From an uncultured Bdellovibrionales bacterium (GTDB taxonomy: Bacteria; Bdellovibrionota; Bdellovibrionia; Bdellovibrionales; UBA1609): 64,000 nucleotides of DNA. Within the stretch, counting starts at the first letter, position 1. The number at the start of each line of letters is the position of its first letter. Positions 36,586-46,268 of this stretch are shown piece by piece. Position numbers and translations under genes: made by a program. Where the stretch lies: contig CALLAU010000020.1 in the NCBI GenBank assembly GCA_938002015.1, positions 54,700-118,699 of the forward strand, written 5' to 3'. Under the pieces are notes generated by a model. That model saw only the letters and a list, made by a program, of their open reading frames with translations. It was not told the DNA's origin and did no database searches.

Positions 36586-37575
36586 ATGACAGAGTCAATC
36601 TTGATAAATAAAATTTATACTAAGCTTAACAGTCCAAAAGGTTTTGCTAGCTTTGGTGAAGAAGGAGATGATTCTGTAGAGATGCCTTTAGATGGCTTTA
36701 ATGAGTCGCTAGTTCTTTCAACAGACTCCTTTGTTGAAGGCACTCACTTTAATCATGAAGTGGGTTATGAGACTGTAGGGTGGAAATCTTTAGTAAGCTC
36801 TCTTAGTGATATTTATGCTATGGGAGTGCAGCCTTCTTTCTACACTCTAAACTTGATTATACCTAAGCACTTTAAAGAAAAGTATTTTGATGAATTTTTA
36901 GAAGGGCTTTTAAAAGCCTCAAATGAGTACAATGTTAAAATTGTTGGTGGGGATATTGCAAAAGGCCCTTGTTTTATTGCAGCTTTTCAAGTCGGGGGTT
37001 ATTCAAGAAAGGGGCAAATTAAAAGTTTAAAAGGTGTGTCTAAAGGGGATGTGCTCTTTACAAATGCAAATCTTGGTTATGCAAAACTTGGCTTTGAGGA
37101 TTTTAAGGCTGAAGATTTTGATTCAATATACACAAAAGCTTTTTTAAGGCCTGAGTTAAATAAAAGTCTTTCAACATGGCTAGGTTCTTTAAATGAAGTG
37201 ACTGCGATGACAGATGTTTCTGACGGTCTTGTAAGAGAAATTAATACAATGCTAAATGGCAGAAGCTTAAAGTTTCAGCTTGATGAGCTTACATGGTCAA
37301 AAGACTTTGAAAAAGCTTGCAAGAAAAGAAAGTTAGATCCTGAAAAAACCATACTAGAAGGCGGGGAAGAGTATGGTCTTTTGTGGGCAATAAAAACTGA
37401 CGGAATAGAAGATTTTTTAAAGCAGTATAAGCTTAAATTTAAAGTCGCTCCTTTTATGCTTGGAAACTTTGTACAGTCAAGTGCAGCTGAGCCTGGCCAA
37501 GAAGTAAGTGATAGAATCATCTATCACAATAAAGGTGTTTTCTCAGATTTGAACCTTTTTAGTCATTTTGGGTAA
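36586..37575 (+). CDS. thiL: Thiamine-monophosphate kinase
   Basis: LSTDSFVEGTHF and GWKSLVSSLSDIYAMGVQP match the ThiL / AIR-synthase-related family signatures. Confidence 0.85.
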   Translation: MTESILINKIYTKLNSPKGFASFGEEGDDSVEMPLDGFNESLVLSTDSFVEGTHFNHEVGYETVGWKSLVSSLSDIYAMGVQPSFYTLNLIIPKHFKEKYFDEFLEGLLKASNEYNVKIVGGDIAKGPCFIAAFQVGGYSRKGQIKSLKGVSKGDVLFTNANLGYAKLGFEDFKAEDFDSIYTKAFLRPELNKSLSTWLGSLNEVTAMTDVSDGLVREINTMLNGRSLKFQLDELTWSKDFEKACKKRKLDPEKTILEGGEEYGLLWAIKTDGIEDFLKQYKLKFKVAPFMLGNFVQSSAAEPGQEVSDRIIYHNKGVFSDLNLFSHFG

Positions 37576-37749
37576 AAAACATATTTTAAAAATTTAGAAA
37601 TTTTAAATTAATTCATTTAATGGTGAAAATGTTTCTTCTCGAAAAGACCAGCTTTGTTGAGATTTCGCAGTGACAATTATCGCCTCTCTTGGACAGTTTT
37701 AATGTGCTCTTCTGCCCATAAATTCGTTCTTAGCATTGGGTATTTGAGT

Positions 37750-38892
37750 ATGAGTTTTGCTAACTCTACTTCTATGAAGTTTACATGTTTCCCCTTTATT
37801 CTTTTGAGCCTTAGCTTATTCACAAGCAACTCAGTTTGGGCTCAGAGTCAAATTGAGCTAGAGCTAAAAGTTGACGTTGATTCGGTAACATCTCCAAATT
37901 TCAGTCTCAGAGGCGCAAAGGAAATATTTTTTTTCATATCTCCAGAAACGATCACCACACCCAGACCGACTCTAGATGACCACGTCAGTAATAGTACAAT
38001 CCGTAAAGTTCATCATGGAAGTATTGGTGATTTTTGGTTACTTTTTTTAAATCGAGCGACAGAGTTATCAATAGAGCCTGGTGATGGATTCTCTGATGTT
38101 ATGCGTACAAATAGACCGTACGACACAAATCTTGATACTAATTTAATAAGAAGAGAGAACCCTATTCAAAATTACTTAACTGATGAATTAGGGCTTCATA
38201 GAGTTGAGGCCAGAGACTTATACAGATCTCTTCAGTTGGCATATCTTGGTGGTGGTGAATCAGCTGCTAAACTGGCTTACCATGATTTTTTTTCAACTAG
38301 ACTTCATTCAGAAGTCGTAAATCTTATGGGCGCATTAACAAAATATAGAGATATTAGATCTATTGAATTACAAGACCAGCTTTTAGGATCTCATAAACAA
38401 ATTGACGACAAGGTTAGCACGGTTGTTGATCGATTGATATCCGGCCTATCTGATAACCAACTTCTAAGAGAGATCATCTCTTCGGCAGGTATATCTTTAT
38501 ATGACAAAGATGGAGTTAGACAGTTTTTAGTCGATAACCTTGATAAATTAACCATTGGGCGAGAAGCCACCACAAGTGATAGTTTTATGAACATAATTAT
38601 AATGTCTTCACCTTTAACTAGATATAGAGACGGTATTCAGTATGAGAAAGAAAAAAATCTTGGCAGCTACAATGGTCCTCTATTCACCTTATCGAGATAC
38701 AATAACCATATGTATGAAATTATAAGAATTAAAATACTTCTAGGTCATAGTTATGAGGCAGCCTTGTCTTACTTAAACTTTATTTTATCTAATGAAAGTA
38801 GAGTTAGGAGTGCATTAGCAGATCGAGACTTAGATTGGGTTAGTAGAGAATTCAATGGTTCACGAAGGAGCTGTAAAAGTTTTCTCATGTAA
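37750..38892 (+). CDS. Hypothetical exported protein (orphan)
   Basis: The track ORF starts at 37654. ATG 37750 or 37774 gives signal peptide MKFTCFPFILLSLSLFTSNSVWA. No domain recognised. GC is slightly higher than in the neighbours in a hand-counted sample. Confidence 0.55.
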   Translation: MSFANSTSMKFTCFPFILLSLSLFTSNSVWAQSQIELELKVDVDSVTSPNFSLRGAKEIFFFISPETITTPRPTLDDHVSNSTIRKVHHGSIGDFWLLFLNRATELSIEPGDGFSDVMRTNRPYDTNLDTNLIRRENPIQNYLTDELGLHRVEARDLYRSLQLAYLGGGESAAKLAYHDFFSTRLHSEVVNLMGALTKYRDIRSIELQDQLLGSHKQIDDKVSTVVDRLISGLSDNQLLREIISSAGISLYDKDGVRQFLVDNLDKLTIGREATTSDSFMNIIIMSSPLTRYRDGIQYEKEKNLGSYNGPLFTLSRYNNHMYEIIRIKILLGHSYEAALSYLNFILSNESRVRSALADRDLDWVSREFNGSRRSCKSFLM

Positions 38893-39107
38893 CACTATTG
38901 ATTAATCTGGAAAATTTTGGATTTAATAAGCCTTTCTAAGAAGAAGGGCTTTTCATATTCTGGATAGAAAGATTAGCCTTTGTGACCAAAGAGCAACTGA
39001 AAGAAGTGTTTTTTTAAATTTTAAATTCATTCAAGTGTTAGTCTTTAGCATAAAAGGCCTTTAGAAAATAAGAGGCTATAGTTTTTTTTAGTGTATTGTT
39101 TGGTAAT

Positions 39108-39752
39108 CTAATTAAAGAGCTTTTTAAGTTTATCAAATATTCCACATTCTTGTTTGATTTTAGCTGTGATTTTTAGATCTACAGTGGACCAAGTTTTTGA
39201 TACTCCATCTTCTCCTGTGTGAAGTTTTTCGCAAGACTCATGAACGGCGTCATAGTTAGGTTTAAAGCCGTTATTCATGAGATCAAGGCTTCCACTTGCT
39301 TCAAAAACTCCAGTTTTTTCATTGTAGTTAGTTTTAAAATCAACACTTATATCTTGATTGAATGTCATTTTAACAACAGCTAGAGATTTTTCTTTAGAAT
39401 ATGAATCAATGCTTCCACTTATTTTTTGAGGCTCTTTAAGTAAGTTAAATACTGTGGCTTTAAGAGTAGTGTCTCTTGCTGGATTTTCGCTGTTAAGAGA
39501 ATCTGTATTAACTACAAATTTAATAGACTCCATTAACTCTTTTAAGCTTTTTGAGACGGTCTGCTCAAAACTTATATCATCAAAAGTTCCAGGAACTGCT
39601 TTTTTGTTTGTAAACTTATATCCTGTCCATGTGAGTTTTTGACTGTTTTCTTCAATACTAAAATTACATGTGGCATTTGACTTAAAACTAGTAAGAGAAA
39701 GAAGAAGGAGAAGAAGGCTTAAGAGTGCAGTGTTGTTGTATTTAAGATTCAT
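39108..39752 (-). CDS. YceI-like periplasmic (polyisoprenoid-binding) protein
   Basis: Signal peptide present. WTGYKFTNKKAVPGTFDD...VNTDSLNSENPARDTTLK resembles the YceI family core (S..T....RD..L). Confidence 0.7.
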   Translation of the reverse strand: MNLKYNNTALLSLLLLLLSLTSFKSNATCNFSIEENSQKLTWTGYKFTNKKAVPGTFDDISFEQTVSKSLKELMESIKFVVNTDSLNSENPARDTTLKATVFNLLKEPQKISGSIDSYSKEKSLAVVKMTFNQDISVDFKTNYNEKTGVFEASGSLDLMNNGFKPNYDAVHESCEKLHTGEDGVSKTWSTVDLKITAKIKQECGIFDKLKKLFN

Positions 39753-39823
39753 TTTATTTCGTTGTCCTTTAGTTTGTATTTTATTTACGTATTAATCTGT
39801 TTTGAGTTCCTTTTTTAAAAATT

Positions 39824-41314
39824 TTATTTAAAAAAGTTTACTTTATCTATCTCCCAGGAAGTTGTGCCGTTTGGATTGTCTTTTAAAAGTACAAATGACT
39901 TAAGAAGAGAGTCTCTGATTTCATCTGCGGTTTTAAAATCTTTGTTCTTTTTAGCTTCTAGGCGTTTTAGAATACTTTCTTTAATCTCTTCTTCACTTAG
40001 ATCTGTTTTCTTTAAAAGGATTTTATCAAGGTTTTTTAAGAAGTCAGCATAAGGGGCCTCTTCAAATAAAGATAAAGTTGAGCCTTGTTTTTTAAGAAAG
40101 TCTATAAGAATTTTTGAGATGACTTTTGCTTCTCCTGTTTTTTTAGAGTTACTAGGAACAAGTTGGTTAAAGCTTCTGATGATATCAAAAAAGAGAGCAA
40201 AAACTCTTGGCGTGGCAAAGTCATCGTTTAAAAGATCAAGGATTTCATTCTCTTTGTTCTTTAAGTCTAAAGAGAAGCTCTTTGTTTTCTCTGTTTCTGC
40301 CTCTGGTTTATTGTTTTCATCAATCATTTCTTGAGCTGTACTTAAAGCTGAGTAAATTCTTGAAAGACCTTGTATAGCTTTTTGAATCGCTTGATCAGAA
40401 AAATCAATTTCAGATCTATAATGAGCTGAAAGAACCATGAACTTAAAGATCTCACCGTGGTATTCTTCTAAAAATGCTCTCATAGTCTTTGTGTTTCCTA
40501 ATGACTTAGACATTTTTGAGCCAGAGAAAGTGAACATATTATTATGAATCCAGTACTTAACGTGAGGGGAGTGATCACATGAGCCTTCAGCTTGAGCGAT
40601 CTCATTTTCATGGTGGGGAAAGAGAAGGTCTATTCCTCCTCCATGTATGTCTATTTGCTCTCCTAGGTGCTTATGAATCATTGCTGTGCACTCTATATGC
40701 CATCCAGGGCGTCCTAGCCCCCACGGGGAGTCAAAGGACTGCTCTCCATCTTTAGCTGGCTTCCATAGAGTAAAGTCTAGTGGATTTCTTTTCTTCTTAT
40801 CTACTTCAGATCTTGTGCCCTCTAAAAGATCCTCTGTTTTTCTTTGGCTAAGCTTTCCATATTCCTTAAAACTATCTATTGCGTAGAAGACTTCACCCTC
40901 AACTTCATAGGCTTTATCTCTGTTAATAAGATCAGAAGTCACTTTAATAACACTATCTAAACTCTCAGTAACTCTAGGGTTTTTACTATGTGGCTTAAGT
41001 CTTAAGTCGTTAAAATCTTTCCAAAATTCTTCAATATACTTAGAGGCGATTTCAGGAGCTGAGGTGTTTTCATCATTTGCTTTTTTGATTATTTTATCAT
41101 CAATATCAGTAAAGTTATAAACGTAGTTAACTTTATACCCTATGTTTTCAAGGTGGTTTCTTAAGAGGTTATAAAAAACTGCTCCTCTAAAGTTACCAAC
41201 GTGGAGCAAGTCATAAACTGTTGGTCCACAGCAATACATTTTCACTTCCCCAGGAGTTATGGGGTTAAAATCTTCAATTTTACGACTTAGGGTGTTGTAA
41301 ACTTTTAGGCTCAC
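39824..41314 (-). CDS. cysS: Cysteine--tRNA ligase
   Basis: YNTLSRK..F.P, CGPTVYDLLHVGNFR (the HIGH-type motif), the WHIECT zinc site and the KMSKS motif are all present. Confidence 0.95.
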   Translation of the reverse strand: MSLKVYNTLSRKIEDFNPITPGEVKMYCCGPTVYDLLHVGNFRGAVFYNLLRNHLENIGYKVNYVYNFTDIDDKIIKKANDENTSAPEIASKYIEEFWKDFNDLRLKPHSKNPRVTESLDSVIKVTSDLINRDKAYEVEGEVFYAIDSFKEYGKLSQRKTEDLLEGTRSEVDKKKRNPLDFTLWKPAKDGEQSFDSPWGLGRPGWHIECTAMIHKHLGEQIDIHGGGIDLLFPHHENEIAQAEGSCDHSPHVKYWIHNNMFTFSGSKMSKSLGNTKTMRAFLEEYHGEIFKFMVLSAHYRSEIDFSDQAIQKAIQGLSRIYSALSTAQEMIDENNKPEAETEKTKSFSLDLKNKENEILDLLNDDFATPRVFALFFDIIRSFNQLVPSNSKKTGEAKVISKILIDFLKKQGSTLSLFEEAPYADFLKNLDKILLKKTDLSEEEIKESILKRLEAKKNKDFKTADEIRDSLLKSFVLLKDNPNGTTSWEIDKVNFFK

Positions 41315-41369
41315 TTTGTTTATTCTCCATTTAAAAGATAAAATCTAGCTTACAATAAAGGTGCTTAAT

Positions 41370-41786
41370 ATGAAAGACAACAGTGATAAAGGCTTTAGTA
41401 AAGATGAACTTTTAAGAGCTCAATCTAACTCCTACTCTCCATTTTCTAAGTTTAAAGTAGCTGCTGCTGTAAAAAGTGAAAAATCAGGTAAAACTTACTA
41501 CGGCTGTAACGTAGAAAACGCTACCTACGGAGCTACAATTTGTGCTGAAAGAACAGCATTAGTAAAAATGGTATCTGAGGAAGGTCCAGAAGCAAAGATT
41601 GAAGAAGTCAGGATTATATCAATTTCAGATGAGACTATTTCTCCGTGTGGAGTTTGCAGGCAGTCTCTTTATGAATTTTCTGATGAAAAAACGACTGTTA
41701 TATCTTATTCAAAAGATTTTAAAATGGAAAAAAAATGGATGATGGATGAGCTCCTTCCAGATGGCTTTAAATTCTCGATAGATTAG
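41370..41786 (+). CDS. cdd: Cytidine deaminase
   Basis: CAERTAL and PCGVCRQ zinc-binding motifs. The ATG at 41370 is preferred over the GTG at 41361. Confidence 0.9.
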   Translation: MKDNSDKGFSKDELLRAQSNSYSPFSKFKVAAAVKSEKSGKTYYGCNVENATYGATICAERTALVKMVSEEGPEAKIEEVRIISISDETISPCGVCRQSLYEFSDEKTTVISYSKDFKMEKKWMMDELLPDGFKFSID

Positions 41787-41871
41787 TAAAAAAACAGGAA
41801 AAGAGTTTTAAAGAAAAAAACAAACAAACAAGTAAATAAATAAAGTAAAAGTAAAGTAAGAGAAAAAATAT

Positions 41872-42435
41872 ATGGCTAAAGAAAAAGAAAGGTGCCCCTG
41901 GGTAAAACTAAATAATAAAGAATATATAAAATACCATGATAAAGAGTGGGGTAAGCCTGTAAGAAGAGATAAGATGCACTTTGAGATGATCACTCTAGAA
42001 GGGGCCCAGGCGGGCTTAAGCTGGGAAACAGTTTTAAGTAAAAGGAAAGAGTATAGGAAAGTTTTTGAAAATTTTGATCCTCTAAAAGTTCAAAAGTTTT
42101 CAAAAGCAAAAGTTGAAAAAATCTTAAAAAACCCTGGAGTGATTAGAAACAGGTTGAAAATTGAATCAACTGTGACAAATGCAAAGGCTTTTATTGAGAT
42201 TCAAAAAGAGTTTGGTAGTTTTAATAAATACATCTGGTCTTTTACTGATGGAAAAATTATTAAGAATAGACCAAAAAATATTAAAGACTATCCGGCAAAA
42301 ACAGTGTTAAGTGATAAGATATCTAAAGACTTAAAGAAAAGAGGTTTTAGGTTTGTGGGGTCAACAATTATTTATGCTTATCTTCAAGCTGTTGGAATAG
42401 TGGATGATCATTCAAGAACTTGTTTTTTAGCTTAA
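41872..42435 (+). CDS. tag: DNA-3-methyladenine glycosylase I
   Basis: RCPWV..N..Y..YHD.EWG.P and LEGAQAGLSW are classic Tag signatures. Confidence 0.9.
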   Translation: MAKEKERCPWVKLNNKEYIKYHDKEWGKPVRRDKMHFEMITLEGAQAGLSWETVLSKRKEYRKVFENFDPLKVQKFSKAKVEKILKNPGVIRNRLKIESTVTNAKAFIEIQKEFGSFNKYIWSFTDGKIIKNRPKNIKDYPAKTVLSDKISKDLKKRGFRFVGSTIIYAYLQAVGIVDDHSRTCFLA

Positions 42436-42464
42436 GAGTTTCTTCTTAAGCTACTTTTTCGAAT

Positions 42465-42899
42465 TTATTTATTAGCATGAATGCCGCTAACCACTTCCAC
42501 TAAAGCATTTAAAGCATCTGTTGTGGTAAAAATACCAAACACAGTTCCATCATGATCTTCTACAATAGCGCTTCCAATTTTTCTATTAGACATCTCAAAT
42601 GCAACATCTTGTATCTTATCTTCTCTAGAAACAAAGAAAGGCTTTTCAGTCATTCTATCTTTAGCGGTGAGTTTCTCAAGGTTGTCTTTATCAGAGGTAT
42701 AGAGATCTCTTAAGCTTACAATACCGGTGAGTTTTTTATTCTTAACAACTGGAATATGTCTAATGTTATTAGATTTCATTTTTTCTTCTAAAGATTTTAA
42801 ACTTTCTGTTTCTTCAGCCAGCACTAAATTAGGTGATGTGAATTCTTCAACATTCAAATTAATAGAACTCATAGTCGTACTCATCCTTTCTCTTTTCAA
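42465..42899 (-). CDS. CBS-pair domain protein
   Basis: 144 aa with two CBS-like repeats (IRHIPVVKNKKLTGIVSLRDL and IGSAIVEDHDGTVFGIFTTTDAL). Confidence 0.8.
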   Translation of the reverse strand: MKRERMSTTMSSINLNVEEFTSPNLVLAEETESLKSLEEKMKSNNIRHIPVVKNKKLTGIVSLRDLYTSDKDNLEKLTAKDRMTEKPFFVSREDKIQDVAFEMSNRKIGSAIVEDHDGTVFGIFTTTDALNALVEVVSGIHANK

Positions 42900-43097
42900 T
42901 TTTATAGTATTACAGCATTTGTTTAAATCTAAATCTATAAGTTATGTTTAACCCAGACTTTTAATCTGCTTTAAACTATTCTTAGTGACAATTTTTGTCA
43001 CCTAAATTGAATTTAGTCCTATTTTCAATAGCTTAAAAAGCAATCAGGTCTTGTTTAAGCGGGGCCTAAGATTTGCTTTATCTCTAATGAGGTATAT

Positions 43098-43769
43098 ATG
43101 GAACGTATTCAGTTAAAGTCCTCACGGACTAAAAGAAAATCAAAATCTAAAACTAAGCTAAGTTTTTTAAACTCGACACTTATTTTTTTCTTCATGTGCT
43201 TTAGTTTTAAAGTTAACGCTTCAACTGGTGTTAGTGATATAAAGGAAAATCTTTTATCAAGCACTGTGGGTGTGGGAGTTTTTGAATTAGGCTCCTTTAT
43301 TAAGTTAAAGCAAGATTTAAATTTAAGAAAATCACCTGGTGGAGAAAAAACAGCTATCCTTTTAAAAGGTGATGAGGCTCAAGTGGTTTCCATTAAATTA
43401 AATAAAACTGGCAACAGGTATTATCAAGTTTATACAAAAGGCATGATTGGGTATGTGTATGCTGGTGATAATCAAAGTTATGATCAGTGGGTAGAGCAAG
43501 CTTGGAGATCAAAAGAGAAGAAGTTTTTAGCAAGATCAGGGGACGTTGTAAGAATAAAAAATAAAAACGGAATTAGTATTAGGATTAAACCTGGTGATAA
43601 AAGAGTTTCTCTTATCCCTGAGGGCAGTACAGTAACTGTTAGAGGGTTAAAGCAAGGAGAAGATGGTAAGATCTATTATAAAATTAAACATAGATCTTAT
43701 AGTGGCTATATTTATGCTGGGAATTTAGAAAAAAGAGCAAGCTTGAGTTTTTGGACGGAGGTTCTTTAG
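43098..43769 (+). CDS. Exported protein with two bacterial SH3-like repeats
   Basis: Signal/anchor segment present. It contains two similar modules: LNLRKSPGG.KTAILLKGDEAQVV...YYQVYTKGMIGYVYAG and ISIRIKPGDKRVSLIPEGSTVTV...YYKIKHRSYSGYIYAG. Confidence 0.6.
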   Translation: MERIQLKSSRTKRKSKSKTKLSFLNSTLIFFFMCFSFKVNASTGVSDIKENLLSSTVGVGVFELGSFIKLKQDLNLRKSPGGEKTAILLKGDEAQVVSIKLNKTGNRYYQVYTKGMIGYVYAGDNQSYDQWVEQAWRSKEKKFLARSGDVVRIKNKNGISIRIKPGDKRVSLIPEGSTVTVRGLKQGEDGKIYYKIKHRSYSGYIYAGNLEKRASLSFWTEVL

Positions 43770-44038
43770 AAGTTATGAGAATCTCAGTAAACATAAGGAA
43801 GCCAGTTAGAAGAGTATTTAGGGAAACTTACTTTTTTCCACTTATGCTTGTTATTCTTGGTTCAGGACTTATTTATTTTTCTCAAAGTAACTTTGATGAA
43901 GAAAAAGTGAATCATGCTATTTATGAAGTGAGTTTAATAGGAGAGACGTTAAAATCTAGTTTTAAAAAAAGTCTTAAACTCTCATCTAATATCTATAAAA
44001 AAGAAAAAAGACCTCAAAGAAGGCCTTTTTCATACTAG
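43751..44038 (+). CDS. Hypothetical small membrane protein
   Basis: 95-aa ORF with one TM helix (YFFPLMLVILGSGLIYF). The start is uncertain (TTG 43751 or ATG 43775). It overlaps the upstream gene by 19 nt. Confidence 0.35.
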   Translation: MDGGSLEVMRISVNIRKPVRRVFRETYFFPLMLVILGSGLIYFSQSNFDEEKVNHAIYEVSLIGETLKSSFKKSLKLSSNIYKKEKRPQRRPFSY

Positions 44039-44082
44039 TTAGCTTGGCTTAAGAGTTAATGTTATCACGGGCTATTACTTTT

Positions 44083-44892
44083 TTAGTTGCAAGCTAGAGC
44101 TTCATCCATTCCTTCAGCCTTATATGCTAACTCTGAAAAGCTCATTTCTAGATTTGTGTAAAGCTCTAAAATATTTCTTAGGTCATTTTGGTAAGCTCTA
44201 AAATCATCTTCAGACATGGATCTAGATGAGAGAGCTTGAGCAACGACACTATCCCACGCGCTCTTATTATCAGCAGCTTTTCGTCTAAGATCTAAAATAG
44301 TATCTGAATGACCAAAAGTATCTAGAATCTCTAAGAATCCTTTTTCTCCTGCAATTTCATCAGAAGTTTGATTTAAGTCATTATAAATACTGTCAGCGTT
44401 GTTAGAGTCTTTCATATAATCAAGAGTCACTGTCGATAAAGCTAGAATATTAGCTTTTACTCTTGCCGTCTTTGTAAGTAGATCAGATCTTTTAGAGCAA
44501 ACTTGATCATAGGTAAGGACAATCTTTTTAAAACCAGCAGGTGTTTCTTCTAAACTTCTGCATTCCTCTGCATCAAGTCCTAGACTTTCAAAGTTTTTAA
44601 GGGGAAGGTGATCGTAATTGCAAATGGGGGTTCTTTCTGGTTTACAAAATCTACAAGCTAAGACTTTACCTACATCGCAGTATTTTTTTGAGTTTGATGT
44701 TATAAGGTTTGTAGCACAGTAAGCACTAATAAATCCACGACCTCGTATGCATTCGTTACTGTAGTCGATTCTATGATCTAGAAAGACTATCTTTTCTCCG
44801 CCGTATTTAGATGCATCCTGGGGACAGAAGTTATCAGCAAGAAGGCTTTGTGAAAAAAGAAGAATAAGAAAGAATATATTATGAATTGTCAT
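44083..44892 (-). CDS. Hypothetical exported Cys-rich protein
   Basis: The start is moved to ATG 44892, giving signal peptide MTIHNIFFLILLFSQSLLA. There are eleven Cys residues in the mature protein. No domain recognised. Confidence 0.55.
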   Translation of the reverse strand: MTIHNIFFLILLFSQSLLADNFCPQDASKYGGEKIVFLDHRIDYSNECIRGRGFISAYCATNLITSNSKKYCDVGKVLACRFCKPERTPICNYDHLPLKNFESLGLDAEECRSLEETPAGFKKIVLTYDQVCSKRSDLLTKTARVKANILALSTVTLDYMKDSNNADSIYNDLNQTSDEIAGEKGFLEILDTFGHSDTILDLRRKAADNKSAWDSVVAQALSSRSMSEDDFRAYQNDLRNILELYTNLEMSFSELAYKAEGMDEALACN

Positions 44893-45145
44893 ATTTAGTG
44901 AGCTCCTGTTTAAGTTTTTTAATTGCAACGAAAGGGCCTATTTAAAAGAGTTATGGCCTAAAGAATGCTATATAAAGTGTTTAAATTTTGTTTTTGTGAC
45001 ATTTTTTGGCTAAATGCTAGTTTTAAAATTTTGCTTTTATAATTTTAAAAGTGAACTGATGCGTTAAGAGGCTTGTCTTGGAACTTTCTTACATGAACAA
45101 TACTGATATTAGAAAACTCAAAAACTATCTATGAGGAGAAAACTT

Positions 45146-45934
45146 ATGTTTACTAAGTTGTTTTTATTAATGTCATTTTCTGTAACTTCTGCTTTTGCCC
45201 ATGAGGGAAGCGTTCCTGAATTCTTCTATCAAGCCGATGAAGGTCAGATGACTGTTCAAGGCGAGTTAAATGTTATTTTAAACAACCTTGAAATTGGTGC
45301 TAATGAACAAGAATTAGATGCTATGCAGTTAAAAGGCTGGCTTAACTATGGGATCACTGAGAACTTTGCAATTCAGTTTGGAGTTCCTTTTGTTTTAAAT
45401 ACTAATGTTGATGTTAACGGCACTTCTTTAGTAGATGGTGATAGTGGTTTTAATGATTTTGAGCTTAACTTATTAGTCCATAGAGAAATGGGCTCTATGC
45501 TTTTATTTTATGGTGTTGAAGGTGCTATCACTTTAGATAAAACAGGATCTGGTCCTAACTTCTTTAGTGAAGGTCATACGTTTAACCCTTATCTTGGCCT
45601 TTCTATGGGGGATCACTGTAAATATGGAGCTAAGCTTACTTATAGATCTATCTCTACTGACAGTGGCGCTAATGGTGGCACAGGTGGCAATGGTGATTAT
45701 GATTTAGAGTTTTTTGGTGAAGTTGATAAAGAAGACTCTTATCTTTTAGGTGGCTCTCTTGGCTACCTTCAAACTTCAGGAGTTGATGATTCTCTAGCCC
45801 TTGGTTTTTATGGAAGGGTTTATTTCGAAAAATTTACTTTTGTACCAAGAATTACTTACACACATAATTTAAATAGTGATATCGACAGTCAGCTCAATTT
45901 AACGGCGTCTCTAGGTGTGAGAAAGAGCTTCTAA
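45146..45934 (+). CDS. Putative outer-membrane beta-barrel protein
   Basis: The ATG at 45146 follows AGGAG by 7 nt. The signal peptide is MFTKLFLLMSFSVTSAFA. The protein shows an alternating amphipathic pattern, Gly-rich loops and a C-terminal aromatic residue (...GVRKSF). Confidence 0.6.
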   Translation: MFTKLFLLMSFSVTSAFAHEGSVPEFFYQADEGQMTVQGELNVILNNLEIGANEQELDAMQLKGWLNYGITENFAIQFGVPFVLNTNVDVNGTSLVDGDSGFNDFELNLLVHREMGSMLLFYGVEGAITLDKTGSGPNFFSEGHTFNPYLGLSMGDHCKYGAKLTYRSISTDSGANGGTGGNGDYDLEFFGEVDKEDSYLLGGSLGYLQTSGVDDSLALGFYGRVYFEKFTFVPRITYTHNLNSDIDSQLNLTASLGVRKSF

Positions 45935-45977
45935 CCAAAACAAAATAAAATATAAAAAATACTACCTAATCATAAAG

Positions 45978-46002
45978 AGGGCCTAAAAAAAGGCCTTTTT
46001 TT
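45978..46002 (+). terminator. Weak intrinsic terminator candidate
   Basis: AGGGCCT-AAAAAA-AGGCCTT forms a stem of about 5-7 bp followed by a T7 run, 44 nt after the stop of 45146..45934. Confidence 0.5.
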
Positions 46003-46268
46003 GTGCCAAATCAAAAATAAAGACTTTCCAGCGTCCATTAGAATCACTTATATCTACTGTAAAAATGACAAAAGTGTAAAAAAAATCCTTAAATCCTTAA
46101 AAACACTACCCAACCGGCTAAAAGTCTGGGAAAAAGCTACAAGGTCCCATTATGGGTCCAAAAGAACGTAAGAACAAAGCTCTAAAGATCACGGTTTGAA
46201 GGGGTTAGCGAAGAAGGGGGAATTTTCTTGGCTTTAAAAAAGTTCTTAAAAAGAGGGGAAGTTAAGGG

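Noticed and set aside
27183-40886. Nested or antisense ORFs at 27183..27449, 28870..29112, 31781..31984, 34834..35019, 35068..35286, 35800..36066, 37275..37520, 38391..38594, 39454..39642, 39864..40052, 40119..40334 and 40686..40886.
   Set aside because: Each lies inside a motif-supported CDS (dioxygenase-like, AGCS, hydrolases, EEP, thiL, YceI-like, cysS and others). They are shadow ORFs typical of AT-rich genomes.
41787-41993. A 61-aa minus ORF (41808..41993) and an A-rich, microsatellite-like spacer (ACAAACAAACAAGTAAATAAATAAAGTAAAAGTAAAGTAAG) lie between cdd and tag.
   Set aside because: The ORF is just the translation of the low-complexity spacer plus the antisense of the tag 5' end. The spacer has only 2-3 copies of each short unit, too few to argue for phase variation. 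It is more likely an A-rich leader.
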